Below are positions 9,251 to 19,655 of a stretch of DNA of 64,000 bases, one piece after another (within the stretch, counting starts at the first letter, position 1; each line of letters opens with the position of its first letter). The stretch spans positions 416,001 to 480,000 of the forward strand of contig CAXXWC010000019.1 of the NCBI GenBank assembly GCA_963668645.2. Direction: 5' to 3'. The notes beneath the pieces are model-generated. The model had not been told where the DNA came from. It ran no database searches and saw only the letters and a program-made list of their open reading frames with translations. Both the position numbers and the translations under genes were made by a program. The DNA is from Desulfobacterales bacterium (GTDB taxonomy: Bacteria; Desulfobacterota; Desulfobacteria; Desulfobacterales; UBA2174).

Positions 9251-10723
9251 TCAATCCGGCCGCAGCGGCAAACGCACCACCACCCGGGCGCCACCTTCAG
9301 ATCGGTTTTCGATATGCACCTGGCCATGATGGGCCTCGATGGTCTTGCGCACGATGCCCAGCCCGAGGCCCGTACCGCTGTCCTTGGTGGTAAAAAACGG
9401 ATCCCAGATCTTCTCCTGCCCATCTGCGGGCAACCCCTCTCCTTGATCCTCGAACCATACCACGGCCTGATCCTTCTGCGCCCGGGTCCCCACCCGGATC
9501 GTCCCGCCGTCGGGCATGGCCTGCATGGCGTTGATCAGGATATTGAGAAACGCCTGGTAGAGCATGTCGAAGTCCATCGGCACGCCCGGCAAGGACTCGT
9601 CGTATTGGCGATCCACCCGGCAGCCGCGGGTCTCGAGTTCAGAAGCCAGATTATTGAGTATCTTTTCCATCAGGTCGCTGATTGAACATTCGGCCATGCT
9701 CGGCTGGCGGGGGCGGGCGTAATTGAGAAAATCGGTGATGATCCCATTGAGGCGGGTCGCTTCCTCGACGATGATCCGCGGGATGCCGACAATCGGCGCT
9801 CCGCTGGCCAGCCGCTTCTCGAGCAGTTCGGCCGAGCTGCGGATGATCCCCAAAGGATTGCGGATTTCGTGGCTGACGGCGGCGATCATCTCCCCAAGGC
9901 TCGATAGGTGGGCCGCGCGGCTCAGTTCCTCCTTGAGCCGGATCCGTTCTAAATTGCGCTGCTCGATGATGTTTTCACCCCGTTTGACCACCAACGCCAG
10001 AACGGCCAGCAGACTGCCGAGCACCAGGGTCGATGTGATCATCATGGCGATCTGAAAATTGAAGACCGACTGGTAGTCGAGGCTGATGTCCTGGACGATC
10101 TCCACCGCACCCAGAACCGGTCCGGTGGCGGTCGACATGGGCCGTTCGGCACGCAGCGGGGCATAGGTGACCAGGCGGCTTTCTTCGGGAAATCCCAGGA
10201 AAATTTGCAGCCAGTTTCCCTTCTGGCGCAAACGATTGACCGTCTGCCCGTCTAGGGCGGCGGTCACGTCGCGCCCCTCGGCTTGGGACTTGCCGATCCG
10301 CCTGGTGTCGAAGCTGTAAGCGATCGTGCCGGCACGATCGTAAACATTGACCATCTCCACCTGAAAGCCGTGAAACGTGCTGCGCACCACCTTGTCCATC
10401 CGCTCGAACTGTTCTTCGCGGCGCAGCTCAATCTGCCCGTAGCGCACTGCCACGGGCAGCACGAACTGGGTAAAGACCTGGTGGTTGAGGTTTTCGATTA
10501 AAAGCCGTCCGTACTCTTCGCTCTTTTGCCGCAGCATGCTGCGCGCCCAGTGCGTGTTGGAAAGCGAGAGGACCAAGGTCCCCACCAGCACCAGCACCAA
10601 GCTGGTGTATGTGAAGTATTTGACCAGCCGGAAGGGTTTGGCCAGTTCAACGTTGGTAGGTTTGGCCTTTGACAACTTCTCAGACCGCAAGGTGGTGTTC
10701 GGTTGGACTGAAAATAAATTCAT
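9251..10723 (-). CDS. Membrane sensor histidine kinase, probable cognate of the adjacent sigma54 regulator (start uncertain)
   Basis: Two TM segments flank a periplasmic domain. H-box SHEIRNPL, N-box NAMQA, G-boxes DQGEG/FFTTK/GTGLGL. Confidence 0.9.
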   Translation of the reverse strand: MNLFSVQPNTTLRSEKLSKAKPTNVELAKPFRLVKYFTYTSLVLVLVGTLVLSLSNTHWARSMLRQKSEEYGRLLIENLNHQVFTQFVLPVAVRYGQIELRREEQFERMDKVVRSTFHGFQVEMVNVYDRAGTIAYSFDTRRIGKSQAEGRDVTAALDGQTVNRLRQKGNWLQIFLGFPEESRLVTYAPLRAERPMSTATGPVLGAVEIVQDISLDYQSVFNFQIAMMITSTLVLGSLLAVLALVVKRGENIIEQRNLERIRLKEELSRAAHLSSLGEMIAAVSHEIRNPLGIIRSSAELLEKRLASGAPIVGIPRIIVEEATRLNGIITDFLNYARPRQPSMAECSISDLMEKILNNLASELETRGCRVDRQYDESLPGVPMDFDMLYQAFLNILINAMQAMPDGGTIRVGTRAQKDQAVVWFEDQGEGLPADGQEKIWDPFFTTKDSGTGLGLGIVRKTIEAHHGQVHIENRSEGGARVVVRLPLRPD

Positions 10724-10814
10724 CTTAGGCAATGGGACATGCAAAGTCAAGGTACCGCAACCGGACAACGGGCGGCCCGATAAATCTTCGGCCAAAGCCC
10801 TAGCGTGACTCAGC

Positions 10815-10860
10815 CCCCAATATATTGGGGATCTCGAAAGTGTGCCACAAGATAAAGTAA
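10815..10860. promoter_or_regulatory. Tandem NrdR-box-like sites
   Basis: Perfect palindrome CCCCAATATATTGGGG (10815-10830) and a degenerate copy CCACAAGATAAAGTAA (10845-10860). Confidence 0.4.
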
Positions 10861-10897
10861 TTACCTATCAATTATAGATAATTATGCATAAAATCCC

Positions 10898-10926
10898 TTG
10901 ACAAGCCATTGCCGAGCATCGATCAT
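10898..10926 (+). promoter_or_regulatory. Putative sigma70 promoter of the XRE-pilMNOPQ operon
   Basis: TTGACA-N17-GATCAT, preceded by an AT-rich tract. Confidence 0.45.
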
Positions 10927-11030
10927 GATGATGTCAGCGCCTATTTTTATCAAATGATTCAATGCCCTTGACCATCTCGCCGCTCGACTGCGGCTGAAAG
11001 CTGTCTTCAAGACAAAAAAGGGGCTGTTCA

Positions 11031-11240
11031 ATGAGTGCTCCCAAAAGTCCGTTGCGGGAAATCCGCGAATCTCTTTTAATGAGCAAGGCCGAACTTGCGC
11101 GCAAGGCGGATGTTTCACCGATTACCATCGCCCGGATTGAAAAGGGGCTGCCTTGCCGTATGGAAACCCAACGCAAGATCCTGCTGGCCCTCGGCATGAA
11201 TTTTGCCGAAAAGAACCGGATTTTTACCAACTTGAACTAG
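11031..11240 (+). CDS. Small XRE/Cro-type helix-turn-helix protein
   Basis: 'LREIRESLLMSKAELARKADVSPITIARIEKG' HTH_3 pattern; first gene of the pil operon. Confidence 0.88.
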   Translation: MSAPKSPLREIRESLLMSKAELARKADVSPITIARIEKGLPCRMETQRKILLALGMNFAEKNRIFTNLN

Positions 11241-11249
11241 AGGCCCAAG

Positions 11250-12305
11250 ATGCTGTTCAGCAAAAAAGCCAATCTCATCGGGTTGGATATCGGATCGCGG
11301 GTCATCAAAGCGGGCCAGGTCGTCGAGACCAAAAATGGCCGCTCCTTGTTCCGCTTTGCCACGGCCGATATCGCACCGGGGATAATCGAAGACGGAGTCG
11401 TGAAAGATCCGCCGGCCGGGGCCCAGGCCATCAAGGAACTCTGGCGCCAGCACAGCTTCAAGGATCAGAACGTGGCCATATCCGTTGGCGGCTATTCGGT
11501 GATCGTGAAAAAAATCGCCGTTCAAAGCATGAGCGAGGAGCAGCTCCACGAAACGATCCAATTCGAGGCCGAGCAGTATATCCCCTTCGATATCAACGAG
11601 GTGAATATCGATTTTCAAATCCTCGGCGAAAGCGAGGGCGGGGCCAACTTGATGAATGTGCTGCTTGTGGCCGCCAAAAAGGAAATGGTCAACGATTACA
11701 TCAACCTGGTCCAACTGGCAGGGCTCAATCCCTGCGTGATCGATGTCGATGCCTTCGCGCTGCAAAATATCTACGAGCTCAATTACCCCAACGAAGACGA
11801 AAATGTGGCCCTCATCGATATCGGTGCGAGCAAGACCAGCTTGAATATCCTTAAAGGATTTCAATCGGTATTCATGCGCGATGTTTCCTTGGGCTGTGGG
11901 CAAATCAACCAGCGGATCATGTCGTTGATCGACTGCAGCCCCCAGGAGGCCGAACGGATCAAGCTCACCAAGCAAAGCGAATCCGTTTCTTTGACGGACA
12001 TGTCCGGAATCGTCACCGCCGTGGTCACCGACTGGTGCAACGAGATCCGGCGCGCCTTGGACTTTTTCTACTCCACCTATCCGGAAGACCAGATTAAACG
12101 CATCATTTTGAGCGGCGGTGGAGCGCGCATCGACGAATTTCGCGACCTGCTGGCGGCCGACACATCCGCCGAGGTAGAGACCATCCAACCGTTTCAGGCG
12201 TTTCAGATCGAAAAGGATCGTTTCAGCGGTGAATTCCTGGACCAGGCGGCTCCCCAGGCCGCGATTTGCATGGGGTTGGCCATCAGGAAGGTCGATGACA
12301 AATGA
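11250..12305 (+). CDS. pilM: Type IV pilus assembly protein PilM
   Basis: Actin-like IGLDIGS, EAEQYIPF, LLVAAKK, IDIGA and LSGGGA motifs. Confidence 0.95.
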   Translation: MLFSKKANLIGLDIGSRVIKAGQVVETKNGRSLFRFATADIAPGIIEDGVVKDPPAGAQAIKELWRQHSFKDQNVAISVGGYSVIVKKIAVQSMSEEQLHETIQFEAEQYIPFDINEVNIDFQILGESEGGANLMNVLLVAAKKEMVNDYINLVQLAGLNPCVIDVDAFALQNIYELNYPNEDENVALIDIGASKTSLNILKGFQSVFMRDVSLGCGQINQRIMSLIDCSPQEAERIKLTKQSESVSLTDMSGIVTAVVTDWCNEIRRALDFFYSTYPEDQIKRIILSGGGARIDEFRDLLAADTSAEVETIQPFQAFQIEKDRFSGEFLDQAAPQAAICMGLAIRKVDDK

Positions 12306-12901
12306 TACGCATTAATCTTCTGCCTTTTCGTGCCGCTCGCAATAAGGAAAATGTCCGGCGGCAGGTGTCGGTCTTCGTGTTGTCCATGTTTTTGGTACTG
12401 GCCGGCCTGTACTGGTACCACATTTCCCTGGGCACTCAACTGGATGAAATCCAGGGACGGGTGGAAGCGACCAAAGGAGAACTCAAAAAGCTGGAAGCCC
12501 AGCTCAAAGAAATCAAAAAGATTCGCAAGATTCTCGATACCATCCAGCGCAAAACAGCCGTTATCGAGGACCTGGAGTTGAGCCGCGAAGCGGCCGTGCG
12601 GCTGATGGATGCGATCACCCAGCTGGTGATCGAAGATCGACTCTACCTGACACGAATGCGCATGAGCGGAAACCGGGTGGAACTCGGCGGGGTAGCCGCG
12701 GACAACCAGACCATCGCCGATTTCATGACACGGATAGAAGAATCCGGGCTTTTCGACAAGGTCACCCTCGAATCGACAACCGCCGAAAAGGGCAAAAGCG
12801 ACCTGACCCTTCAACGATTCAGCATTGTCTGTGCCAAAAAATCACTGGTGCGTTCCGAGTCGTCGGCTCAGCAGGAAGCTAAAAAGGCGGGGAAAAAATG
12901 A
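12302..12901 (+). CDS. pilN: Type IV pilus assembly protein PilN
   Basis: N-terminal INLLP motif, TM helix, coiled coil; overlaps the pilM stop. Confidence 0.93.
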   Translation: MIRINLLPFRAARNKENVRRQVSVFVLSMFLVLAGLYWYHISLGTQLDEIQGRVEATKGELKKLEAQLKEIKKIRKILDTIQRKTAVIEDLELSREAAVRLMDAITQLVIEDRLYLTRMRMSGNRVELGGVAADNQTIADFMTRIEESGLFDKVTLESTTAEKGKSDLTLQRFSIVCAKKSLVRSESSAQQEAKKAGKK

Positions 12902-13536
12902 AAAAAGCCAGCTTCAGCGAAACATTAACCCCCGTCGTCGAGCGCATCCAGAGGCTTACGACGCTTCAGCGTGTATTGATCTACGTATTGACGATCGTGC
13001 TGCTGGTGGGCAGTTTCGTCTACTTTTCGTTCATGCCCAAGTATGAACGGCTGCAGGCGCTGGAAACCGAATACCAGGACCTGGAAGCCAAATTGGTACA
13101 AGCCCGCAATGCAGCGCGCCAGCTGCCCGCGTTGAAAAAAGAGTTGGCCGCGGCCGAAGTGCGCTTCAACACGGTCCAACGGGCCTTGCCGGAAAACGAA
13201 GAAATCCCTTCTTTGCTGGCCAGTATTTCCCGCTCGGGCAGCGAAGTGGGGCTGGACTTTTTGCTTTTCCAACCCAAGGCCGAGGCAAGCCGGGAGTTTT
13301 ACGCCGAAATCCCGGTCGATATCCGCGTTCAGGGCAGCTTTCACAGCGTCGGGCTGTTCTTCGACCGCGTGGCGCATCTGCCGCGGATTGTCAACATTCT
13401 GGATGTCACGATGGTCCCCGAAAAGGCTTCCAAAGGACCTTACAGCAACCTGGTGACCTCTTGCACGGCGACGACCTATAAATTCGTCGAGGCGCCACCG
13501 CCCGACGCCAAAAAGCCGTCCAAACGAAGAAAGTGA
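12898..13536 (+). CDS. pilO: Type IV pilus assembly protein PilO
   Basis: TM plus coiled coil, 'LPENEEIPSLL', 'FYAEIPV', 'LPRIVNI'. Confidence 0.93.
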   Translation: MKKASFSETLTPVVERIQRLTTLQRVLIYVLTIVLLVGSFVYFSFMPKYERLQALETEYQDLEAKLVQARNAARQLPALKKELAAAEVRFNTVQRALPENEEIPSLLASISRSGSEVGLDFLLFQPKAEASREFYAEIPVDIRVQGSFHSVGLFFDRVAHLPRIVNILDVTMVPEKASKGPYSNLVTSCTATTYKFVEAPPPDAKKPSKRRK

Positions 13537-13542
13537 TTGATC

Positions 13543-14445
13543 ATGGCCAGATGTCGGATATCGATCCTCCTTAGTGCCGCCTGCCTCTGGGCCGGCCTGC
13601 TGCTTTTGGCGTGCAGCCCCTCGGAGGAAACACCGGCACCCGTCCAGCGGGTGGTCAAGGGCAAAATCCCGGCAGCCGGAGACCAACGGGCATCCGCACC
13701 GAAACCGGCCCCTCGTCCTGCTGCGCCCCCTGCAGCGGCCCCGGCGCCGGCCGCCGCTAAACCGGCCCCGCCCCAAGCCGCCTCTGCCCCCGCGCCGCCG
13801 GCACCGGCATCACCGCCCGCGACGATCTCCACTGGTCCGGTCCCGGCCAAAGTGCCGGCAGCCCCCGAACCCGCACCGGCCCAACCGGCGGCGGCCCAGG
13901 CTCAAGCGGCATCTGCGGCACCGGCCCAACCCGAACCTCCGGCTCCGGCAAACGATCCCGGCGGCCCGAACGGTTCACCGGCGGCCCAAGCCGAAACGAA
14001 AGGGGAAGCACCCAAAGACGCGGCGCCGACCATCGATGTGAAGGATTTGCTCACGTTCGAAAAGGCGTATTCATATGATCCAGAAGGCAAGATCGATCCG
14101 TTCGTGGCGGTATTCGAAACCCAGGAACCGACCGAGATGGAAAGCGAGAAAGGCAAGCCCGCCAAACGGATTCCACAGTCTCCGTTGGAGATGGTCGATT
14201 TGAGCCAGCTCAAACTGACCGGCGTGATTCTGGCCCCCAGCGGCGATCGGGCTCTGGTTCAGGATGCCAGCGGCAAAGGCTATATCGTCCATCCCGGAAC
14301 TTACCTCGGCAACCGTGAAGGTCAAGTTTCCAAAATTCTCCAAGACCGTCTGATCGTTACCGAAAAAGACCAGGACAACCTGGGCCGGCCGGTGACTGTC
14401 GAGCGTGAGATCAAACTTCCCAAACCCCCTGGTGGAGAGATGTAA
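13543..14445 (+). CDS. pilP: Type IV pilus lipoprotein PilP with long Pro/Ala linker
   Basis: Lipobox LLAC, 'YDPEGKIDPF', 'PLEMVDLSQLKLTGV...ALVQDASGKGY', operon position. Confidence 0.9.
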   Translation: MARCRISILLSAACLWAGLLLLACSPSEETPAPVQRVVKGKIPAAGDQRASAPKPAPRPAAPPAAAPAPAAAKPAPPQAASAPAPPAPASPPATISTGPVPAKVPAAPEPAPAQPAAAQAQAASAAPAQPEPPAPANDPGGPNGSPAAQAETKGEAPKDAAPTIDVKDLLTFEKAYSYDPEGKIDPFVAVFETQEPTEMESEKGKPAKRIPQSPLEMVDLSQLKLTGVILAPSGDRALVQDASGKGYIVHPGTYLGNREGQVSKILQDRLIVTEKDQDNLGRPVTVEREIKLPKPPGGEM

Positions 14446-14446
14446 A

Positions 14447-17077
14447 ATGAGCACAGCAACGAAACGCCACACGTTCTGGGGCGCCGTCGCAGTCACCCTT
14501 TGGCTGGTGGCCATCACTACGGGGTGTGCCGCCCCGCAGGGGGCATCCGTACCGGCGGCCCAACCCGAAACGGGTCCGGCCAAACAGATTCTGGGAATCG
14601 TCGCCGAAAGCGGCCCTGAAGGGGACCGGATTCGCATTCTTGGCAACCAGTCTCTCACATTTACCGTCGTTACCCAGCCGACACCCTTGGGAGTGGTCCT
14701 CTATCTGCCCGATACCACCCTGGCACTGGAAGCCGTATCCCTCGAGGCCCTGGCATTGTCCCCGGTCCTGGCAGAAGTCCACTCCGGCCAGCAGCAGGAT
14801 GATCCGTCCACAGCGCGGATCGAAATTTTGCTCGAACGAGAAGCGCCCTACGAGGCCATCCGGGACGACCACGACGTGATCGTCAACTTTACCCGGCCGG
14901 CCCCCTCCGTGGCCGCCACGCCGGCCAAAGCCGAACCCGCGCCGCTGGAGACCAAGGCCGGCAGCGCTGCAACGGCCACCAGGATGCAGGCCATCACCGC
15001 CCAAAGGTTGGAAAACGGGGTTGAAATCCGCATCCGCGCCGATGGCCCGGTTGAAGATTACGTTTCGTTTACGCTCCACGATCCGGATCGCATCGTCTAC
15101 GATCTTTACGCAGTGAGCAGTCCGTATAAAACGGAACAGTCCATCGAACTCAACACGCCCTGGCTGACCCGGGTGCGCCATTACGGCGATAGTGAAAAAC
15201 TGCGGGTGGTCCTGGACAGCGACGCCAAAAACTTCGAGGCCACCACGGCCCTGCCGATTCAGGACGGACTTTTGATTCAGGTCGGCCAAGTGGCCCGCCA
15301 GACCGAGGCGACCCCGGTCCCCGCCAGTGCTACGCCCGCCTCGACCGCCTGGGTCAACCGGATCGATTTTTCCGCCGAGCCTTCGGGAAACTCGGTGGTT
15401 ATCGTCGGCACCACCCGCCCGGTGGAATACGAATTGGAAAAGATTGATGCCCGCCGTCTGGAGTTGAAACTGGCCAAAGCGCAAATCCCCGGCTTTCGCC
15501 GCCGTCCTCTGGTCACCACCCGGTTCGAAAGTGCCGTGGACCGTATCATTCCGGTCCAGGACGAACGGCTCAAAGACACCGGAGTGCTTACCATCGAGTT
15601 GCGCGAAGCGGTTCCCTACACCGTGGAACAGGTGGAAAACCTGATCATGGTCCACTTCAACCCCTCCAGCGTGGCCCCCCAGAGCGAAGAACACGCCAAT
15701 CTGCCCGCCTGGCAGCAGGTGGTTTCCGATACGGTCGATCGCAAGGGCCAAGCCACCACCACCGCCATCGCCGCCGCTCCTGCCCCAACCGCCCCGGCGA
15801 AGGTTCAAAAAATGGCCGCCGGCCTATCCTCCTTTCCCGGGGTCTACACCGGGGAAAAAATCGCTCTCGATTTTTACGAAACCGATATAAAAAATGTTTT
15901 CCGTATCCTTCGCGAGGTCAGCGGCAAGAACTTCGCCATCGATCAGGATGTGCGCGGCATGGTGACCTTGACCCTCGACAAACCGGTTCCCTGGGACCAG
16001 GTCCTGGATCTGGTTCTCAAGATGAATCAGCTCGGAATGACCTATGAGGGGGATATCATCCGCATCGCCACCCTCAAGACCCTGCAGCAAGAGGAAAAGC
16101 TGCGCCAGGACACCCTGGCCGAAATGCAAAAATCCCGCGAACAGCAAAAGGCCCTCGAACCGCTGGTGACCGAGTATATCGCCATCAACTACGCCACGGT
16201 GACCGATGTCGAACAAAAAATAAAAGATCTGATCACCAAGGACCGGGGGCACTATGTCATCGATGAGCGCAACAGCCAGCTGATCGTGAGCGATACGGCC
16301 CAAAAAATCATAGAAATCCGGGAGCGGGTGGAGCGCCTGGACAAGATCACGCCCCAGGTGCTGATCGAAGCGCGGATCGTGGAAGCGACCAAGAACTTCT
16401 CGCGCGAACTGGGAACGACCTTCGGCATCGGCCCGGGATCGTCGTCATTCAGCAGCGACACCCTGGGTGGTGACTGGAACCTTTCTCTGACCTCCAACTT
16501 CCCCCAAGGCACGACCGTGGGCTCGGGGCCGGGGATCTCCTTCGACTTTTCCAGGCTGGTGGGATCTCCGCTGGCCATCAATGCCGCCATCGATGCGGCC
16601 GAAACCGAGGGGGAAACCAAAATCATCAGTTCCCCGAGGATCCTGACCAAAAACGACTTCGAGGCGATGATCAGCCAGGGATTGACGACCTACCAAACCA
16701 TCACCGTCGACGGGACGCCGACCCAGGAAGAAGTGGAGATCAATCTGGAACTGAAAGTCAAGCCGCTGGTCAAGCAGGACAACCGGATCAACATGACCAT
16801 CAAGGTCAAAAAGGAAGATTTTGCAGGGTTGGTGAACGGGAATGTTTCCAAATCCACCAACGAGGCCGAGACGGAACTTCTGGTCAATGACGGTGAAACG
16901 ATTGTCATCGGCGGCATCACCAAAAGCAACGACACCATGTCCGAAGAAGGTTTCCCGATTTTGCGCGACGTCCCGGTGCTCGGATGGTTGTTCAAGTCCG
17001 AGGACAAACAATCAACCAAGAATGAACTGATGATTTTCATCACGCCCAGAATCGTCAGCCTGGAGCCGGCAAAGTAA
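14447..17077 (+). CDS. pilQ: Type IV pilus secretin PilQ with N-terminal AMIN domains
   Basis: 'YTGEKIALDF', 'VPWDQVLD', 'QVLIEARIVE', 'GETIVIGG', 'PVLGWLFK', 'ELMIFITPRI'. About three AMIN-like beta domains lie upstream. Confidence 0.95.
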   Translation: MSTATKRHTFWGAVAVTLWLVAITTGCAAPQGASVPAAQPETGPAKQILGIVAESGPEGDRIRILGNQSLTFTVVTQPTPLGVVLYLPDTTLALEAVSLEALALSPVLAEVHSGQQQDDPSTARIEILLEREAPYEAIRDDHDVIVNFTRPAPSVAATPAKAEPAPLETKAGSAATATRMQAITAQRLENGVEIRIRADGPVEDYVSFTLHDPDRIVYDLYAVSSPYKTEQSIELNTPWLTRVRHYGDSEKLRVVLDSDAKNFEATTALPIQDGLLIQVGQVARQTEATPVPASATPASTAWVNRIDFSAEPSGNSVVIVGTTRPVEYELEKIDARRLELKLAKAQIPGFRRRPLVTTRFESAVDRIIPVQDERLKDTGVLTIELREAVPYTVEQVENLIMVHFNPSSVAPQSEEHANLPAWQQVVSDTVDRKGQATTTAIAAAPAPTAPAKVQKMAAGLSSFPGVYTGEKIALDFYETDIKNVFRILREVSGKNFAIDQDVRGMVTLTLDKPVPWDQVLDLVLKMNQLGMTYEGDIIRIATLKTLQQEEKLRQDTLAEMQKSREQQKALEPLVTEYIAINYATVTDVEQKIKDLITKDRGHYVIDERNSQLIVSDTAQKIIEIRERVERLDKITPQVLIEARIVEATKNFSRELGTTFGIGPGSSSFSSDTLGGDWNLSLTSNFPQGTTVGSGPGISFDFSRLVGSPLAINAAIDAAETEGETKIISSPRILTKNDFEAMISQGLTTYQTITVDGTPTQEEVEINLELKVKPLVKQDNRINMTIKVKKEDFAGLVNGNVSKSTNEAETELLVNDGETIVIGGITKSNDTMSEEGFPILRDVPVLGWLFKSEDKQSTKNELMIFITPRIVSLEPAK

Positions 17078-17114
17078 ATTCATAGAGATCCATTTAAGCT
17101 TGATCCCCGAATAG

Positions 17115-17145
17115 CGACGGGCGCCTGGTTTTCAGGCGCCCGTCG
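17115..17145 (+). terminator. Stem-loop (likely intrinsic terminator) after pilQ
   Basis: CGACGGGCGCCTG-GTTTT-CAGGCGCCCGTCG, a 13-bp perfect stem followed by GTGTTT. Confidence 0.75.
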
Positions 17146-17330
17146 GTGTTTGAGCCGGGGCTGCGGCTAAGATGGACCGGCTCCGGGTAACAAGTTTGCA
17201 CGCCTGCGCGGCGCGCAAGGCCGCTGACGGCGTCCGCGATGCCGGTTGCCTTGCGAACCTGGCCCCGGCCGCTTGAGCCGGCCTCCGGGTTGCGGGTGCG
17301 GGCAAATCGAGACGCAGATTTACAGCTCTT

Positions 17331-18107
17331 TTAAAGTTGCTTCAGGGCCGCTTCGGCCATCTGCGCCAGCTCCGACCGGGGAGCCAATTCTTCCACCCTG
17401 CCGAAGGCCTGGCGCGCATTGGCCCGGTCGCCCAGGGCCGCATAGGCACGCCCTCTTTCGAAATGAATCTCCGGCAGATCGGCCACCATGCCGGCGGCGG
17501 TATTCAGATATTCCAAAGCCTCGGCGGGCCGATGTTGATCGATCAGCAGGCGCCCGAGGCTGACGAGGGTGCGGATATAGGTGGCATCTTTAACGAACCC
17601 CCTGGCGTAGTGGTCCAGCGCGAGGCGGTAGTATTTTTCCGCCAACACCGGCTGCCCGCTTTTGTAATACGCCCAGGCGAGATTGGCGATGGCAAAGTGG
17701 GGCGTCGCATAGAGCAAATCCGTCTCGACGCGTTTGAGATGGGCGATGGCCTTTTCGTATTCGCCCTTTTTGATCAGCACCACCGCCAGATTATTGCGGG
17801 CCTGGGAAAAGTCGGGCCGGATGGCCACGGCCGCCTCATAATGCTGCCGGGCCAGTTCGAGCTTCTCCAATCCTTCGTAGGCCAACCCCAGCAAAAATTG
17901 AATCTGGTCGTCCCTGGGCCAGGTCTTTTCGGCATCCAGCAGCTCACCCAGAGCCGCCCTCGGCTTGCTGTCCAGGATAAAAGCCTCGGCCAGGCGGACT
18001 TTGGTTTCGCGGTTGCGCGGGTTGGCCGCCTGATCCAGGGCACAACCGGCAATGATCCAAACCATGCCCGCAGCGACGACCCATCTTGTCAAAGACGCGG
18101 TGCGCAT
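17331..18107 (-). CDS. TPR lipoprotein, PilF/PilW/Tgl-like pilotin
   Basis: Lipobox IAGC, multiple TPRs, 'LLYATPHFAIANLAWAYY' resembles Tgl/PilF; adjacent to pilQ. Confidence 0.8.
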   Translation of the reverse strand: MRTASLTRWVVAAGMVWIIAGCALDQAANPRNRETKVRLAEAFILDSKPRAALGELLDAEKTWPRDDQIQFLLGLAYEGLEKLELARQHYEAAVAIRPDFSQARNNLAVVLIKKGEYEKAIAHLKRVETDLLYATPHFAIANLAWAYYKSGQPVLAEKYYRLALDHYARGFVKDATYIRTLVSLGRLLIDQHRPAEALEYLNTAAGMVADLPEIHFERGRAYAALGDRANARQAFGRVEELAPRSELAQMAEAALKQL

Positions 18108-18152
18108 GCTTTTCCCCTCTGTGCCACCGGCCCGCTCGGGGCGCGGTTGGCT

Positions 18153-19655
18153 TCAAGTTGGCTGCAGATCCAGGGCCTCGGCGATTTCCTGGCAGGTGCG
18201 ATCCACGAAACGGGTAAAATCTTCACCGGACAACGGGTGACCCGGAGCAGGTACCCGCTCCAGGTCGGCGGGCCTAACCAGCGTGGGGCGGTTGATCAGT
18301 CCCGGATCCGGCACGATGCCGAACTCGGGCGGAAAGTTGTTGCTGAAATAAAGATCCTGAAATCCGCTGAACTTCAGGGCGTGGGCCGTGGAGTCAAGCA
18401 CCGCGGTTTCGCTCGCCCCCACGAATCCCTGGTCGCAGGCGGCCAAAAGCCCGGCCAGGCTTTCTCCGCCATGGGTGCAGGCCACATGCCCGTTGCGGTT
18501 GGCGGTCAGCTGCCAGTCCATGATGGACTGCTCGTTAACGGCCACGAAAAAGGTCCGCTGCCCCCCGGCCACCCGGTTGTACCGATCCACCAGATGCACG
18601 ACCCGCGGCATGGAGACCGGATTGCCGATCATAGCCGCCTGGGCCACGCTGGGTTGGACGGTGATCGGCACGAAGCGGCGCCGCGCCGGGTCCGGCTCCT
18701 GATAGTAGCGATAGACCGGATCGGCATGCAACGATTGAACGCCGACGATCTTTGGCAGGGCCTCGATAACCCCGATCTCGTAGAACTTGAGAAAACCGCG
18801 CATCACGGCCGTGATGTTGCCCGCATTGCCGATGGGAACTACCACAACCAGATTTCGAACGTCGTAATCGAAGTCCTGGGCGATTTCATAGGCGTAAGAT
18901 TCCTGGCCGAGGATGCGCCAGGCGTTCTTGCTGTTGAGCAGCGCCACGTTGTAGCGCTCCGAAAGGGCTTCGACCACCTTCATGCAGTCGTCGAAAACGC
19001 CCGGGATCTCGAACACGGCGGCGCCGCTGCCCAGGGGCTGACTCAGTTGCTGGGGAGTGACCTTGCCGTGGGGCAAGAGGACGGCCGATTTGATGTACGG
19101 CTGCAGGTAGGCGCCGTAAAGCGCCGCGGCCGCGGAGGTATCCCCGGTGGAAGCGCAGACGGCCAGCACCTGTTCGAGCTGGCCGCTTTGCACCAGGTGG
19201 TGAATATAGCTCAGGGCGCTGGCCATGCCCCGGTCCTTGAACGATGCGCTGGGATTCTGCCCGTCGTTTTTGAAAAAAAAGCGCATGCCCACCCGCTCCT
19301 GCAGCGGCCGGTTGGCCTCTACCACCGGCGTGTGCCCCTCGCCGAGATAGACCACCGCCTCTAGGGGGATCACAGGACCGATGAATTCATGGTAGCGATA
19401 GATGCCTTTGAGAGCCGGCAGGGTGAGCATCTTGCGGTAGTCGAAAAGCCGCCGCCAGGCCAGGCCGTCGACCTGCTTGAGCCGCGCGAAGTCTTCATCC
19501 TCCAGGAGCAGGACCTGGCCGCAAGCCGGACAAGTGTACAAAAGCCGCTCGATGCCGAAGCGCTCCTCGCAACCCAGACATCGGTAGACGAGACGGCCGC
19601 TGCACGCGGGCAGCAGGGGCAGGTCCAGATTTTCCGGAAAGTCCGTGACCTTCAT
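18153..19655 (-). CDS. thrC: Threonine synthase
   Basis: PLP lysine motif [29 protein letters not shown]. Start MKVTDF overlaps the serS stop (ATGA). Confidence 0.92.
   Translation of the reverse strand: MKVTDFPENLDLPLLPACSGRLVYRCLGCEERFGIERLLYTCPACGQVLLLEDEDFARLKQVDGLAWRRLFDYRKMLTLPALKGIYRYHEFIGPVIPLEAVVYLGEGHTPVVEANRPLQERVGMRFFFKNDGQNPSASFKDRGMASALSYIHHLVQSGQLEQVLAVCASTGDTSAAAALYGAYLQPYIKSAVLLPHGKVTPQQLSQPLGSGAAVFEIPGVFDDCMKVVEALSERYNVALLNSKNAWRILGQESYAYEIAQDFDYDVRNLVVVVPIGNAGNITAVMRGFLKFYEIGVIEALPKIVGVQSLHADPVYRYYQEPDPARRRFVPITVQPSVAQAAMIGNPVSMPRVVHLVDRYNRVAGGQRTFFVAVNEQSIMDWQLTANRNGHVACTHGGESLAGLLAACDQGFVGASETAVLDSTAHALKFSGFQDLYFSNNFPPEFGIVPDPGLINRPTLVRPADLERVPAPGHPLSGEDFTRFVDRTCQEIAEALDLQPT

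Noticed and set aside
13690..13990. Repetitive GC-rich DNA as a tandem repeat or CRISPR-like array
   Set aside because: Irregular Pro/Ala codon low complexity inside pilP, with no constant repeat or spacer unit.
17337..19364. Long shadow ORFs on the opposite strand (also 499-2016, 27131-28936, 38344-40101, 14411-15808)
   Set aside because: They are antisense to well-supported genes, lack family motifs and are expected from high-GC codon bias.
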